Shown here in pieces: positions 26,348-40,612 of a stretch of 64,000 nt of DNA. A program made the position numbers and the translations under genes. The DNA is from Octopus vulgaris (lineage: Eukaryota). The stretch covers positions 40,548,001-40,612,000 of the forward strand of contig OX597816.1 of NCBI GenBank assembly GCA_951406725.2, given 5' to 3'. The notes under the pieces are model-generated. The model ran no database searches, was not told the DNA's origin, and saw only the letters and a list, made by a program, of their open reading frames with translations. Position 1 is the first letter of the stretch. The number at the start of each line of letters is the position of its first letter.

Positions 26348-26755
26348 GGCGCAGGAGTGGCTGTGTGGTAAGTAGCTTGCTAACCAACCACATGGTTCTG
26401 GGTTCGGTCCCACTGCGTGACATCTTGGGCAAGTGTCTTCTGCTATAGCCCCGGGCCGACCAATGCCTTGTGAGTGGATTTGGTAGACGGAAACTGAAAG
26501 AAGCCTGTCGTATATATGTATATGTGTATATATGTATGTGTGTGTGTGTGTTTGTCCCCCTAGCATTGCTTGACAACCGATGCTGGTGTGTTTACGTCCC
26601 CGTCACTTAGCGGTTCGGCAAAAGAGACCGATAGAATAAGTACTGGGCTTACAAAGAATAAGTCTCGGGGTCGATTTGCTCGACTAAAGGCGGTGCTCCA
26701 GCATGGCCGCAGTCAAATGACTGAAACAAGTAAATGAGTAAAGAGTAAAAAGAGA
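26348..26755 (+). mobile_element. SINE family A, full-length
   Basis: A-box tggctgtgtgg, B-box ggttcggtccc, internal TA/TG microsatellite, (gagtaaa)n tail; many homologues in the window. Confidence 0.9.
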
Positions 26756-28344
26756 ATATTACTGATCAACATAACTTAGAAGCATCAAACTGCATTTCAA
26801 ATATAATTAAGATAGTGACTCAATCGTATTATTGTTATTTATAATCAACATCACTTCTTTGTATATGAATCCTGCTTAGTTTCGCCAACTGAGTTGCATA
26901 TACTTGGCTAAAAATTGTAAACAGGTTCGTTGTCCATTGTTTCCACGATGTGGTTTACATAGTGAATCCTATGCATTTTCCATATTAAAAAATATCCTAT
27001 CACAATGCTTAGATGGCGCTTTTGAATTCAAATTGCAAATCAATATTTTTCACCCACCATATTGAATATGAAAGATCCTTAATATTTGTAGTTTTTCTTT
27101 ATCTTTCATGAGTGATGAATAATCATACCGAATGTAGTCATTCTTTTCCTTAATTCGTTACCCCTTACAGGGGTCAATTTTCCTAGAGCTACACGCCCTC
27201 CTGTACACAACACAGCTTATCATATTGATAGGTTGAATGAAAGAGCTCGTACACCTATCAGTTATATTCTTTATCTGTATTTGTCGGCTTCTTTTCAGTC
27301 CCCTGTTGCTAATTATTCAAGGCTATTTAATTTCTCGTCTAGCGTCTAATGAACTGCCCCTGTTGACTACGTATTTTGTTGAAAAGCATTCTGGTGGTGT
27401 TGGTTCGTCACTCTATTTGCATTGAGCATCGGGAGCATTCAGACTTTATGAAGTATACGCGACACTTATATAATGACAAAATCCCCCAGTGGCGATTTGG
27501 TAGTATCAACAGAGCATTAGATAGAATACCTTGCAGTATACATTCCGAGTCTCTGTACTCTGAGTTCCAATGTTCAAATGTAATCTTAGTAGATATTGTT
27601 TTATTTCTTTCCTGATTCATAAAGTAACGGTGCCGTGTGAAGAATTGGCGGAATAGTTTTAGCTTCAGAGTTTTCTTTCAGCACACGTTCAAAATTTGTC
27701 ATTCTGAATTGAAATTCCATATGGGTATCAATGACCACATGGCAAAGGCAGCATATCGCGAAACCCATAAAGTTAACATACTAAAGTAATCTACAGCATA
27801 GATAAGCTAGTATCGGTATGCTAGAGTATTTACTCCGGAGCGGATCGATTACAGCTGAGTGTGGAGATGAGCGATAGTAAGTGTATTAGACATATACAAC
27901 TTGTGAATCCATATGTGATCTAAAATAGTCTTTCTATTGTAGTTGAGTTATGAACATTTGAGGAAGATTTTGTTGTAACAGTACGTACGTACCACGAATA
28001 CAATCACACAAACTCATACACCCATATACTCACAGAAGCACATAACATATTGAATCACGCTGATACACGAATATAAATCATTCGTGATCTCTGCTATTCT
28101 GCATCATCAATTGATAATAAATAGCTTATTGTCTTGTTGAAGATGGGCGACGACGATGGCTGAATGGTCCAGTGGTGTGCACACGCGAGGGGAATCAAGC
28201 TAATATCGAAGAAATTAAACTTTGTCACTTCATCCTCAACTCTCACTATTACGTCGAGTGTCTTGAGAGTTTTTTGTGTGAGTGTGTTTGGTGTAAGTCT
28301 CTTTCCCACCGTTCATTATTATCAATCTTTAATCAAACTCAGGC

Positions 28345-28480
28345 TCACTCAATTATAATTTCTTCTCAAAACCAAACTGTTTTAGCACTCATTTCATTGA
28401 TCAGCTGTAGACCATTGACATGGAGTTGATCAGTTACCTTGGGTATCTTGACTATTGATATAATGTTATTTTAGAGTTAG
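28345..28480 (+). repeat. About 130-bp dispersed direct repeat (second copy about 29438-29562)
   Basis: tcactcaattataatt...gttttagcactca.ttcattgatcag.tg.agaccattg in both copies. Confidence 0.6.
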
Positions 28481-28659
28481 CTTTTAGTTTAAAATATCAT
28501 TTCTCCGTTGAATTATTAATTATGTTAAACTTCTTACCTATATCTGCTGAAAATAGTCCTATTAAATTCACCTGTTCTCAACATTTACATTTTCTTGCAC
28601 AAATCTTTATATTGTGAACAAAGAAACCATGGGTTACATTAATAACTTAGGATACTAAA

Positions 28660-28962
28660 GCGCTTGGCTCAGTGGTTAGAACGTCGAGCTTACGATCGTG
28701 AGGTTGTGAGTTCGATTCCCGGAGCGGGCTGCATGTTGTGTTCTTGAGCAAGACACTTTATTCCACGTTACTCCAGTTGTAGAAATGAGTTGCGATATCA
28801 CTGGTGACAAGCTGTATCGGCCTTTGCCTTTCCCTTGGATAACATTAGTGGTGTGGAGAGGGGAGGCTGCTGGCCTTCCATGAACAACCTTGCTCGGACT
28901 TGTACCTCGGAGGGTAACTTTCTAGGTGCAATCCCATGGTAATTAATGACCGAAGGGGTTCT
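28660..28962 (+). mobile_element. tRNA-derived SINE family D
   Basis: A-box tggctcagtgg, B-box agttcgattccc, followed by a gttgtgttcttgagcaagacacttta segment typical of tRNA-SINE bodies. Confidence 0.7.
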
Positions 28963-30176
28963 CCCCAAAACTAAATCCATTGTCATTTGACAGTCGATTT
29001 AGTGTCAAAATAAACAGAAGTGCAAATTGATCGCCTTTCTTGAAAGTTTCGTAACATTAAAAAAAAATTCTTTATTTATCGATTTTCGAGAGAGTGGATC
29101 TGTATTTTATGAGATTCTCAATGGCAAGCATCTGGGGAACGTCCTTTCACCACTGTGAGTAGCAGTCAAACATTTTTCTTTAATGTGGATATCTTTGACG
29201 TTTAATTCTATTTTGTTCACACTTCGGTCATCGCATCGATTTATAATTAAGAGGTGTTGACCACATTTCAACACTCTCATTTTCCCTGCCGGTTAGATCC
29301 CCAGCCACTACTTGCGCTGCCCTCGACATGATCCGGATGAATTTAAGAATCTATTGAGACAAATTTTGCAACGTTTCTACCTATGATCTAAGCAAGTTAC
29401 ATACATATAATTTTCTGCCAAGTGGCTACAAATTTCTTCACTCAATTATAATTCTTTCTCAGAAACAAACAGTTTTAGCACTCACTTCATTGATCAGTTG
29501 CAGACCATTGGATAAAGTTTATCAGTTGTCTTGGTTGTCTTGGCTCTTGATATAGAGTTATTGTTGTTTGTTTTTTGTTTAAATTGTGGAAACAAATGTT
29601 GTTAAATTATACTCCGAGAACTTTTTGAATATGTGTATGAGTTACTCTTTTTTTTAGAATATCACAAAGCTAGTGACAAAAAAAAATCAGAAACCTAAAA
29701 GAACATTTAACCAACAACACATCACCTTGAGCATCCATCCGTCTATCAGTCTATCGATCTGATTGTCCATCCATCCATCGATCATCGATCCATCCATCCA
29801 TCCATCCAGCCAGCCAGCTAGACGGCCAGCTAGCCAGCCGGTCAGCTAGCCAGTCATCCATCCGCCCGTTCTGTCCGTTCGGTGAATGCCTACGGAATTC
29901 AATAAAATTTCGCTGTCATTCTGATGAATAGTGTCACTATAAATGATTCAAGAAGGTTCTCAGAATAAATAAACTCGCCCGAGACAGCTACATTTAATAA
30001 TGAAGTCATGAGAGAGGTGAGCAATATTGTTCAAGTTCTCTATAGGAAGACAAATAACATTGACGATGGTGGGCATGGAGTCGTTAAGACGTCCTCTCTT
30101 CACTGAATGAAACCTCTTGTCGGTAAGTCTCCTCCTCCTCCTCCTACTACTACTACTACTACTACTACTGCTGCTG

Positions 30177-30246
<70 letters not shown>

Positions 30247-30827
30247 CACGATCACCATCACCACCACCATCAAAACCACCAAAACCACTGTCTCACTGTT
30301 TCAGTTTCCCTTGGTTCTATAGTCTTACCATACCTAACTATTAACGTCACTTGTCAAACCCAAGAGTAACGGCCACTCTTCAAAATATTACCCTCCCAAC
30401 CATTTCTACTTATCTCCCAACTCACCACTTGTATTTCTCTCAATATCCTGATCACTTACTCTCTTCATCTTTCTGATCTGACTTCCTTATAGCTTCTTGC
30501 ATTTCCTTGCTTCAAGACCCCCATCCACATCGAGCTACTTATTTCCTCCTTCCACTCAGTACTGCTTGCTTTCCTGTTCACCGTTTTTACCTTTAAATTT
30601 CCCAGCATTATGATTTGAAATGTTAGATTTTTATCTCTCCATTCTGAAGCCCAGGAGTCGGATCTACTCAATGTTTATACGCTTTCATTACTGGTTCAAT
30701 ATTGTTTTAATTACATCTCTCAACATTATGAATTAACTCCGAGCCGCCAGAAACAGCTGTCGGTCCTGTAAAGCCATACCTTCTTCTTTAATTTTCTATG
30801 TCTTTGTACTCTATGTAAGTTTGCTCT

Positions 30828-30891
<64 letters not shown>

Positions 30892-31705
30892 GAATATTGG
30901 TCGTCTGAAAATTTTCAGTCTTTGCTTTATCTCTATTTACATGCATACTTGTATGTCTATTTTTTTATTCGTCTGAAAATTTCCAGTCTTTGCTTTATCT
31001 CTATTTACATGCATAATTGTATGTCAATTGTTTTATATCGAACCCAGGCAGTTTTATTTGCTTATTTGCATCATTATCTCCATATCTGCATATCTGCATT
31101 CTTCTTATAGCCACTCTTTACTCGGCAGAATTCCTCATCGGTAAAGATTTCGGCGTATAAGTTCAAATAATTCGAGTGCTACTAAGAGTTTTCCTTGTTG
31201 AGCATTTCTGGATCTCGTCTGGTAACTCTATGCATACATAAATACATACATACATATATACATACAAATATACACACACACGCATGCACGCACGCACTCT
31301 CACACACTCACACACACACATACCTACATACAACCATGTAAAGTGAGAGAAAAAGAGCCGGATAGAAAAATTTAATAATACCTCGAGAATATTCTTTGGT
31401 GATCCTTTTCTGAAACACAAACCCTAAGTGCATCCATTAACCAAGAGTAACTTGTTCTGATGCTTAACAAAAATAAATCAAAAACACCAAAAATTTTACT
31501 AATAGTACTAATAAATCGATAAATAAAGTAACAAAGTAGATTCTCGACATTTTCGTGCAACAGTATCTTTCCTCGGATCCATTTACTACAGTTACTTAAA
31601 AGACGCAATGATGTGTTCTTTTTGCTTTCTATTTCATTTGTGCTTGTTGTTTTGCTGCTATTCGTTTTCCCTTGTCTATGCTCTAAAAGAACAAAGTGAA
31701 AGTAA

Positions 31706-31765
<60 letters not shown>

Positions 31766-31894
31766 CAAGGAGGATTAGAATTACGGCTTAGAATCACTGA
31801 AACCCTTCCGGCAATGTCAACATTAATACGTATATAATATGATAATATGGACAGTCGAATTCACACTAGATTCTGTATGCTGGTGAATAGATTT

Positions 31895-31947
<53 letters not shown>

Positions 31948-33102
31948 TATATATATGTATAAACTTATATATATACATATATATATGTATAAACTTATAT
32001 ATATATATACATATATATGTGTGTGTTTGTGTGTATGTGTGTGACTGTGTGTGTATATTTATGTACATGTATATCTTTTATCTGTCTGTTTTACACGTTA
32101 TTTATGTATTAAATCTGTAGACATTTTCCTTTTCGTGTACACTAAAACAGATTTACGTATATATATATATATATATATATACATATACACATTACTTGAA
32201 TTCAATAACATCAGTAAAAAAAAAATAAATCCAACAATCTAAAACGAAGAAAGAAAGAAGTTTTACTCCGTTATATCTTGCTTTCAGTCTTACAAATATA
32301 CTTTGTAACCTCAAAGTGTCTCGTTAACATATAAGTCAATACAGAGAATATGGATAAATATCAAACATTAAAAATGAAAGAAAATGATGGACTATCAAAC
32401 GTAGGAAAACATGCTGAGTTGATCAATGTTCAATAGGTCGTTGTTATTTTAGTTCAAATAAGCAGCTTGTTAGAAGAAGCAGAAGACCCACTGTATTTTG
32501 CACTGAATTCTTCTTAAGGCAAGGTTGTCTTTCTCGTTTCTAATAAGTGCAAGCTTTACCTAGCTGAAGTTATTAAAGAGAGACTTGGTTTATTTATACG
32601 AAATATAGCTGTATCTGCAACAATATCTATTTGCTCTACATAAGAAAAATAGACACGCATACACGCGCACAATATTAGCGCCAACACAAACAATACTTTT
32701 TCTATTCTTGAAGAACGACTCTCGAAAATTATTGTTTTCTTCTATGCATAACAGAATTGCCATATTCAGGAAAACTACATATTATTCTATATATCATTTT
32801 ATACTAAATGTTAATTTGCTATCAGGCATCAGCACAATGATAGCAAAAGTTCGTGAGCATTACACAGCGCTTACCCACAATCTGACGGTAGCTCCTACAT
32901 AAGAAAAGAAGAGAGCATCTACACGCCTTCAACCCAATTTCTCTAAAAGTTAATCCTAGCGTCTTTGAAGTTCATTCATTAAATATTCTAATTCTATACC
33001 TCCATATGGGATAAAAAGACATTGATCATTAGTATAATTTATAAGACTGAACCTGGGGCGAAACAAATATCACAAACACTCATTCACAAACACGTTCGCA
33101 CT

Positions 33103-33141
<39 letters not shown>

Positions 33142-33283
33142 TTAATATTATATTATTGTTCTCCGCAAAAACATCGGTGCCTCAAATTCTTTGACATGTT
33201 CTTATGCCCAAATTCCATTTACTCTTGTATATCTGTTGTTAGTAGTTTCCCAGCAACAATACATTTTATCTCTCCCTCCCTCC

Positions 33284-33371
<88 letters not shown>

Positions 33372-33676
33372 TATTTTTGTTTTTTTATTTTTTATTTATT
33401 TTTTTTGTTCTTTTCTTCCCTTTTACGATCCCTCTTGATCGAAAACCTACGCCACCCCTTTTTATTTGTTTCTTTTGTTTTTTTTGTTTTTTTTCATCCC
33501 CCAAAAGAAAAGCTCTACCTTGTAACTTGTCCCATCTGTGTGCGGCCCTGTGTGGCCAATAAAGAAACTTATCTATCTATATATATATCCTGAATTTGTG
33601 TAAATGTGCGTAGACTGATATATCAGTTGAATAAAGTTACAACATGCTCTGGTTTTCACGTTTTTTTATTATTGTA

Positions 33677-34831
33677 CTAGCAGCATAGCCCGGCGTTGCC
33701 CGGGTATGTAAGAGCCCCTAGTAGGCAACAACTAATCCCAATCTAGTCCTTTCTCTCTAGGGAACGAAGGCGCATGTGTAGGTTGCAATGTCTTCTCTTC
33801 ACTCCCAAATAACTATCAAACAGCTATCGATAATTCAACCCAACCAGTTCCTACCAGGAAGAAATTACATTCGAGACTTTACCCCCAACACCGCCACTTC
33901 TGCTAATAGCTGCTGCAGCCGCAAGTTATTCGAATACTTTTTTTGTTTAAAATTTCTTTATAACTACCACCCCAAACGTTTTACCTTAAATTTTTGACGT
34001 ACCCTAAGGGTCCTCGGACGCTACTTGCAGACTCTTGGTTTATTATAAACCGTTTTTGTCGTGTGCACCAAAAAACCTTTTCCATTCGTTTGTTCAGTTT
34101 GGTCACTTTTGACTTTTTCGTTGTTGTCACTCACATTACTACCCTCTTTTTTGCCGTTTTTGTACATTTTTATACATTTTGGGATATTTACCCCACGTGT
34201 TCCGTGAGTTAAAAAGGTCGAGTTGCGTCCCCTAGACAGTCTGTGGTTTGTGTTTAATACACAAATCGGTGTGCCACGTATGATTTAATTAACCCGATTT
34301 TTTCCCAGTAATAAAGTATCCTATTGGAATAAAAAGGGCCATATAGCTCCTTGGAGCAGACATGATGTTCGCTGTGAATTAAAAAAAAAAATTCCTGCCA
34401 ATTTGTGAAAGATATTGTCGAAAATATGTCATCATGAATTTGAACGCGATTTCCCAAAATGGCATGATTTTATCGATTTTTTCTGATGGTAAGGTATTGC
34501 ATGGAAAAATAACGACAGAATTAAGTTTCTTAGGGTAACATTAAGCTTCACCATGAGTTTGGTGAAAATCGATTGCAAGTTGCGAAAACTACAACAGAAA
34601 ATGTGTTGCATATAAAAAGCTTAGATTCTCGACCCCATGTCGAATTTATCGACTCTTTTCAGAACTGGGGGAACTTTTCAAAATTTTCGCTGCGTTAGTT
34701 TTGAATTATGACATTGGGCTATGTGTGTGTCAAGTTTCATCGGAATCGGTTGAAAGCCGTGGTCAGGGTGAGGGTACAACCTGACGGACACACAGACAGA
34801 CAAACAGCCGTTTATATATAGAGAGAAGAGA
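33677..34831 (-). mobile_element. Non-autonomous Helitron, both ends present
   Basis: Minus strand: A|TCTCTTCTCTCTATATATAAACGG 5' end; 3' hairpin cccgggcaacgccggg (33689-33704) then CTAG|T; inserted between A and T without TSD. Confidence 0.8.
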
Positions 34832-35237
34832 TTTCAAAAAAATATTTTTTACAAGCTAATTGGTTAAAATAAAGGTGGGATCTATACCAGTAATATCGGT
34901 GCGCCCGGCAGCCCGTGACGTTTAAGATGCATTCTGATTAGTCAAAACAGTATTCGAAAATTTCTGCGTGTCGGAGCCTTCTCAAAATTATATAAGTGAA
35001 GATGTCAGTCATTTTACTACAGATGTCAAGTACTCAACTTAACTGTCAGTCAATAAATTTTGAAATCTGATGATTTCTACGAATGTATGAAAGCGCTAAT
35101 TGAATTTTCTGAACATTGCAAAATATTTCTTTAATTTTTAACACACTTCAACATTCTTAAAAAAAACAACTTTTTAAATACAATAATAAATACATGGAAA
35201 CCAGACCATTTTGTAATTTTATTCAACTGATTCATAT

Positions 35238-35268
<31 letters not shown>

Positions 35269-37768
35269 GCACACACACAAACAAATCCCAGCCACATGCC
35301 AATCATTATTATAAAGTTTGCAGAAGTACACAGAGAGGCACACAGTTATCAAAGCCGTCCATTACTGTAAAGATAGTCTAACTATAAATGCTGCCAGTGA
35401 GGGAGAACTATACAAGGAACATGCACACACCTCTGAAAACAGCAGAAGATATTCTCGTTTAACCTACCGTTCAATCTGCATATATATATAGCTAGGAAAT
35501 TGTTATTGCTACCGTCGCACAAATTCAATTCGTCAATGTCAGGGGAGATAAATTAGTTGTTTCTGCTAGGATAATATCGGTTCCGAATCATTCCCTCCAA
35601 GTCACATCGTGACTGCCAGAACAACTCATGGACTTCCCACATTAGCTAACGAATAGTATCTTACTTTAGGAAAATCGTAATTCAAAGCAGATTAGTATTA
35701 ACAACACCGGGCTATACTTAGTGGAAATTTTACGCGTATTGGAAGGAAGTACAGTAAACTATTTTAATACCCTTTATTTAAAACAACTACACTTATTTAG
35801 ATGAAGAGTGAGGAAAATATATGTAAATCCTAGCTGCAATTCGTCTACAGTCTTATAGATCATGGATTGTAACCTATTCTAATAACATTGGGGAACAAGC
35901 GACAAAAGCACACATCACCAAAGGATCCGACGTTACAGCGTATGGCATGCATAACTGGAAAAATTCTGGCCGCAGTCGAATGACCGAAACATGTAAAAGA
36001 GTATATCACAACGCGCTGATAATCGGTGATCCGAGGACTTATAGAATTAAAATCGCGGAAGATTCCTTTTGGACACTTTCCATACACCTGAGGAACATGA
36101 CAAATGTTAAAATCCATAAGCCTTGCAAAGTAACAGCTTCTCGACGATGATTAAACGCCTGAGTTTGTGTGCTCTTCTTTACGCTATAACAGTCTGGATG
36201 GCAACATCTCATGTCAGCCATATGATCTACTTTAACTCGCGAAAATCGGCCTTGTAATTACTTTAAGAAAATATAGCTTCATTCAGCTTTCTTATGTTGC
36301 CCGATCTCTCTACAATGTTTTTTGCGTATCAGAGGATAATATATGTATGTGGCACTCTTCTTACATACCTATGGCTGCCTCCTTACATATGTACGTACGT
36401 ACCTGCCTGCCTACCAACTTACCCACCTGCCTGCCTGCCTACCCACCTACCTTCCTACCAACCTACCTACCTACCTACCTACCTACCTACCTACCTACCT
36501 ACATACATACATACATACATACATACATACCTGCCTACCAACTAACCTACATATTTTCATACATACATAACAACATACCTACATATATACACAGAGATAT
36601 ACGTACAAATGCATATAAGTATATGTGTGTGTATATATATATATGAACATACATATTATATATGTATAATATATATCTGTATCTTTATCAATACATATGT
36701 GTATGTGTGTGTGTATACAAACACATCGTCTATATTCTCATGTGCACAGACATACACAAGTTTTCCTATACGCACAACATATATACAACATATAACAATA
36801 TATATATACGTGTATATATATGTACTTACCTGTATATGTGTGTGTGTATGAGTGTATATATATGTGTGTGTATGTTTGTGTGTGTTTGTCTGTGTGACTC
36901 TGTGTGTGTCTCTGTGTGCTTGTTGATAACATAAACTACTATAGAGAATTCGAAGTGGAATTAACTTCAGTTTCGTTGCTATTAATTCTTCATATTTTTA
37001 TTCTTTTAATTTCCATCCTTTTCTTTTCTTTCACCTGTTTTTCTAAATTTTCGTCATAAAATTTTTTTTGCTATCTTTTATTTCTTTCATTTCCCTCTCG
37101 TTCTTGTTTATGCTTTGTATTTTTATAAGTTACTTAATGACTTTGCAGACATGATTTAAATTGCTTAGGATAAAACGAGGAAAATTGCCAACCACCAACA
37201 CACTTATCGCCATCTTTAACAACGGTAACAACAACAGCAACGACAGAAATAGGAAGAGAGAGAGAGAGAGAGAGAGGGAGAGAAATTAAGAGAGATTAAG
37301 ACAGAGAGCAGAGAGGAAAATGGTGCTTTCAAGAAAAGTAATAAAAGAATAAAAGCTATACAGAGGAATAAATGGTGCCTGTCTATGACAAGAAATAGAC
37401 CGATCTGTTAATTATCCAATATGATGAATTCTAAAACCACAACGATATTAGATAAAAATGGTTATATCCGTGATATAAATCGCCATAATTGCCAAAAATC
37501 TATTTTCATACTGTGTCTAGGAATCCGTATTTCATCTAATAATAGCAAGATGTAAAAAGAAATCATGTCATTTTCTGAGAAAAATCTTCAGAAAATCGGC
37601 AATTAATAATGGCAGTGTATATCAAAAGATATTTCCTTTGGTTTTAACTTGTCCATTCATACTAACAAGGAAACCAAGGTGTGTTGGTGTGTGGTATGTA
37701 GGAGTAAAGGAGTTCTGGCAAAGGAAGGAGGTGTGGGAAATTTGTGGAGAAGATGACTTAGCAAAGTA

Positions 37769-37805
<37 letters not shown>

Positions 37806-38909
37806 GGTAATGAATAAAATAAGGAAACGGAGAAGAAAAAGAGAAAGAAACAAATGAAGAAAGGCAAGAATGTAAAAAGAAAGACAAACGAAGAAAGAAG
37901 GAACAATGTATGTAAGAAAGAAATGAAGAAAGAAAAAGCCAAACACAGGTTGAAGAAAAAGCGATGAAAAAAGAATCGAAGAACGAAAAAATAGGAAAGG
38001 AAGGAACGAAAGATGCAGAATGGATAAAGGATGAATCTACGGACACAGAAAGAAAAGAATTGATGAAGACAGCAGTATAAAATCCGAAGACACCAAAGCA
38101 GTATAAAATCCGAGAAAAGAAAGAAATAAGAAGGAAAGAATGACTGAAAAAATGAAAAAGTGAGAATGAAAGAGAATAATAAGGAAATGAAGAAACTAAC
38201 GCGGAAGAAAGACGAATGGAAAAAGGAAACGGGTGACAAAAAATAAAGGAAGCTAGGAAAAACAGAAGAAAATATTTTGGATAAATGAATGAAAGAATTA
38301 ATGAAGGAAAAGATAAAAGGGAAAGGAAGAAAATATAACAACAGAATAAAAGAAAGAAGGAACGAAAGAAAACACGAAAAATCTCAGAAAGAGAGAAAGA
38401 AATATATTAGGAAGAAAATTGAACGATAGAAAGGAAGCAAACAAAATCGGGGAAAAACAGCAAAAATTAAATGAAAAACAGAATATAAGGGGAAAAAAAG
38501 AAAAGGAAGAAGCAAAAACAGACTAAAAAGTAAAACTCAGAACTGAGAACTAAAGAAGAATGTAAACTCAAATTCATGAAAAGCAGAATAAAATGAAAGG
38601 ATTAGAACATCCACCCCGTAAAGGTAAGAAACAATGGAGTTATAATAATAAACATATGAGATAAGGATGGACCATAATAAAGATTGAAATAATAAAAGAT
38701 TAAGAGAAGATAAAGGGAAGAAAAGTGGGGTAAATAAAGTAGAGGTGAGAGTGACGATACATTTGATAGATTCTTGACCTTTATTTAAAGAAAAACGAAA
38801 ACGTTATCATTAGGAAAAATGGATGAAAGAAAAAAGGAGACACATCTGATGAAACGTAATTGAGTTACATAAAATAATTACATAGATATATAGACATATG
38901 CATATATAC

Positions 38910-39004
<95 letters not shown>

Positions 39005-39091
39005 AATTCGAGACAAAACCACTATTTTGCAAATCAAACAAGGAAAGACTTAATCAATACATAAACATTTTTAATATAAAGAAATAAACCG

Positions 39092-39134
39092 CCACTACAA
39101 TCGTTTCATGTCTACAATGACATTCGTCAGGTGG
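39092..39134 (-). ncRNA. Minimal type I hammerhead, canonical core
   Basis: CCAC-CUGACGA-AUGUC-AUUGUA-GACAU-GAAAC-GAUU-GUA|GUGG. Confidence 0.75.
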
Positions 39135-39338
39135 ATTTTCGATCTCCTAATCTGTTTTAATTTATGAAGTGAATTCAAACTCTAGCCGTTATAACTTTAA
39201 ACAAGATTACGTTACCATAGGAACCGAACATATTTATAAATATGTTCGGTTCCTATGGTAACGTAATCTTGTTTAAAGTTATAACGGCTAGAGTTTGAAT
39301 TCACTTCATAAATTAAAACAGATTAGGAGATCGAAAAT

Positions 39339-39381
39339 CCACCCGACGAATGTCATTGTAGACATGAAACGATTGTAGTGG
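39339..39381 (+). ncRNA. Minimal type I hammerhead, U4C variant
   Basis: CCAC-CCGACGA-AUGUC-AUUGUA-GACAU-GAAAC-GAUU-GUA|GUGG. Confidence 0.65.
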
Positions 39382-39572
39382 CGGTTTATTTCTTTATATT
39401 AAAAATTTTTATGTATTGATTAAGTCTTTCCTTGTTTGATTTGCAAAATAGTGGTTTTGTCTCGAATTATATTATATAATATTTTACTATAAATTTGGAT
39501 TTAATCCTAAATCTGATTTTTCCCTGTAAATTTGGATTTATTCCCTAATATTTATTATTATATATATATGTA

Positions 39573-39608
<36 letters not shown>

Positions 39609-39913
39609 TGTATGTATGTATGTATGTATGTATGCATGTATGTATATATACGACGGGCAAACGCGGAGTAGGCGAAACAGGGACAACTGAAGAAGGGGAA
39701 TCTTCCTTTTGTTCCCTTTCCTGTATGCCTCCTCTTCCCTTGCACATTCCTCATTCCAGTATACATACATACATCTATATGTATATATACATGCATATAT
39801 GGGTACAGGACATAAAAAAACCGTTGAACACAATGAGAAACGAAAACATAGAAACAAAAATGTGGAAACGAACTTTCTTTCAAACAACGTAAAAACAGAG
39901 TACCAGACATACA

Positions 39914-40129
39914 TCTCTCTCTCTCTATCCGCTCAGTCGAAGTCGACTCTCGGTCACTCGTTGGATCAGTGTCCTCCAGTCAGTTCTATCCTGGGCCGCT
40001 TCTTTCAGATTGGCTATGTCTATTCCGGTGTCACTCTTGATGGTGTCAAGCCAGCGGGTTCTTGATCGGCCTCTTCCTCTCTTGCCACTGACCATTCCGA
40101 GCATGATGTCCTTCTCCAGGGATTTTCTC
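39914..40129 (-). mobile_element. RTE-clade LINE 3' end (ORF C-terminus plus (GA)n tail)
   Basis: [30 protein letters not shown]...[11 protein letters not shown] is the characteristic RTE/BovB C-terminus (GKR.RGRP..RW.D, A.DR..WR). Confidence 0.85.
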
Positions 40130-40329
40130 AAGAAACCCATACGATCAGCAAAGTGGATTTCGGAGGAGACTATTGCAATAGCAGAAGAGAGAAGGAGAGC
40201 AAAGATGACCAGAAGCAGGGATCAAGTGCGGCGCCTGAATGCAATGTTCCAACAGGCCGCCAGGAAGGACAAAGAGAAATACTGGAATGAGGAATGTGCA
40301 AGGGAAGAGGAGGCATACAGGAAAGGGAA
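40130..40329 (+). mobile_element. RTE-clade LINE internal fragment (EN-RT linker), inverted relative to the 3' end
   Basis: [18 protein letters not shown]...[22 protein letters not shown] matches the RTE/BovB W.S.E.L....ERR.AK...R.DK..Y...C segment. Confidence 0.8.
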
Positions 40330-40399
40330 CACATGGAATATTCCCCTTCTTCAGTTGTCCCTGTTTCGTCTACTCCGCGTTTGCCCGTCGTATATATAC

Positions 40400-40461
<62 letters not shown>

Positions 40462-40545
40462 GACCACACGGCCACACCTGCGCCTATATGTGTGTGGTTA
40501 TATACATATCTTCACACACACATGCACACATATACATACGTATAT

Positions 40546-40610
<65 letters not shown>

Positions 40611-40612
<2 letters not shown>

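Larger units (their letters stand above)
39004..39550 (+). mobile_element. PLE-like fold-back insertion (466-bp near-perfect palindrome) in (TA)n
   Basis: 39004-39469 palindromic about centre 39236/39237 with no spacer; right arm extends to about 39550; HHR in each arm. Confidence 0.75.

Noticed and set aside
28660-28730. tRNA gene candidates at SINE heads (also 24938, 26348, 50785)
   Set aside because: A/B boxes are present but there is no proper acceptor stem, and they continue into SINE bodies.
30640-30775. GAAAC-AGCU-GUC hammerhead half (similar relics at about 11400-11490, 30060-30122 and 63025-63040)
   Set aside because: No supportable CUGANGA box with a matching stem I; at most decayed relics.
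30901-31035. Local tandem duplication of about 68 bp (and a 54-bp one at about 51440-51550)
   Set aside because: Ordinary slippage duplications with no further structure.
37622-38341. 239-aa Phe-rich ORF
   Set aside because: Reverse strand of a GA/A-rich low-complexity tract lacking stops by composition.
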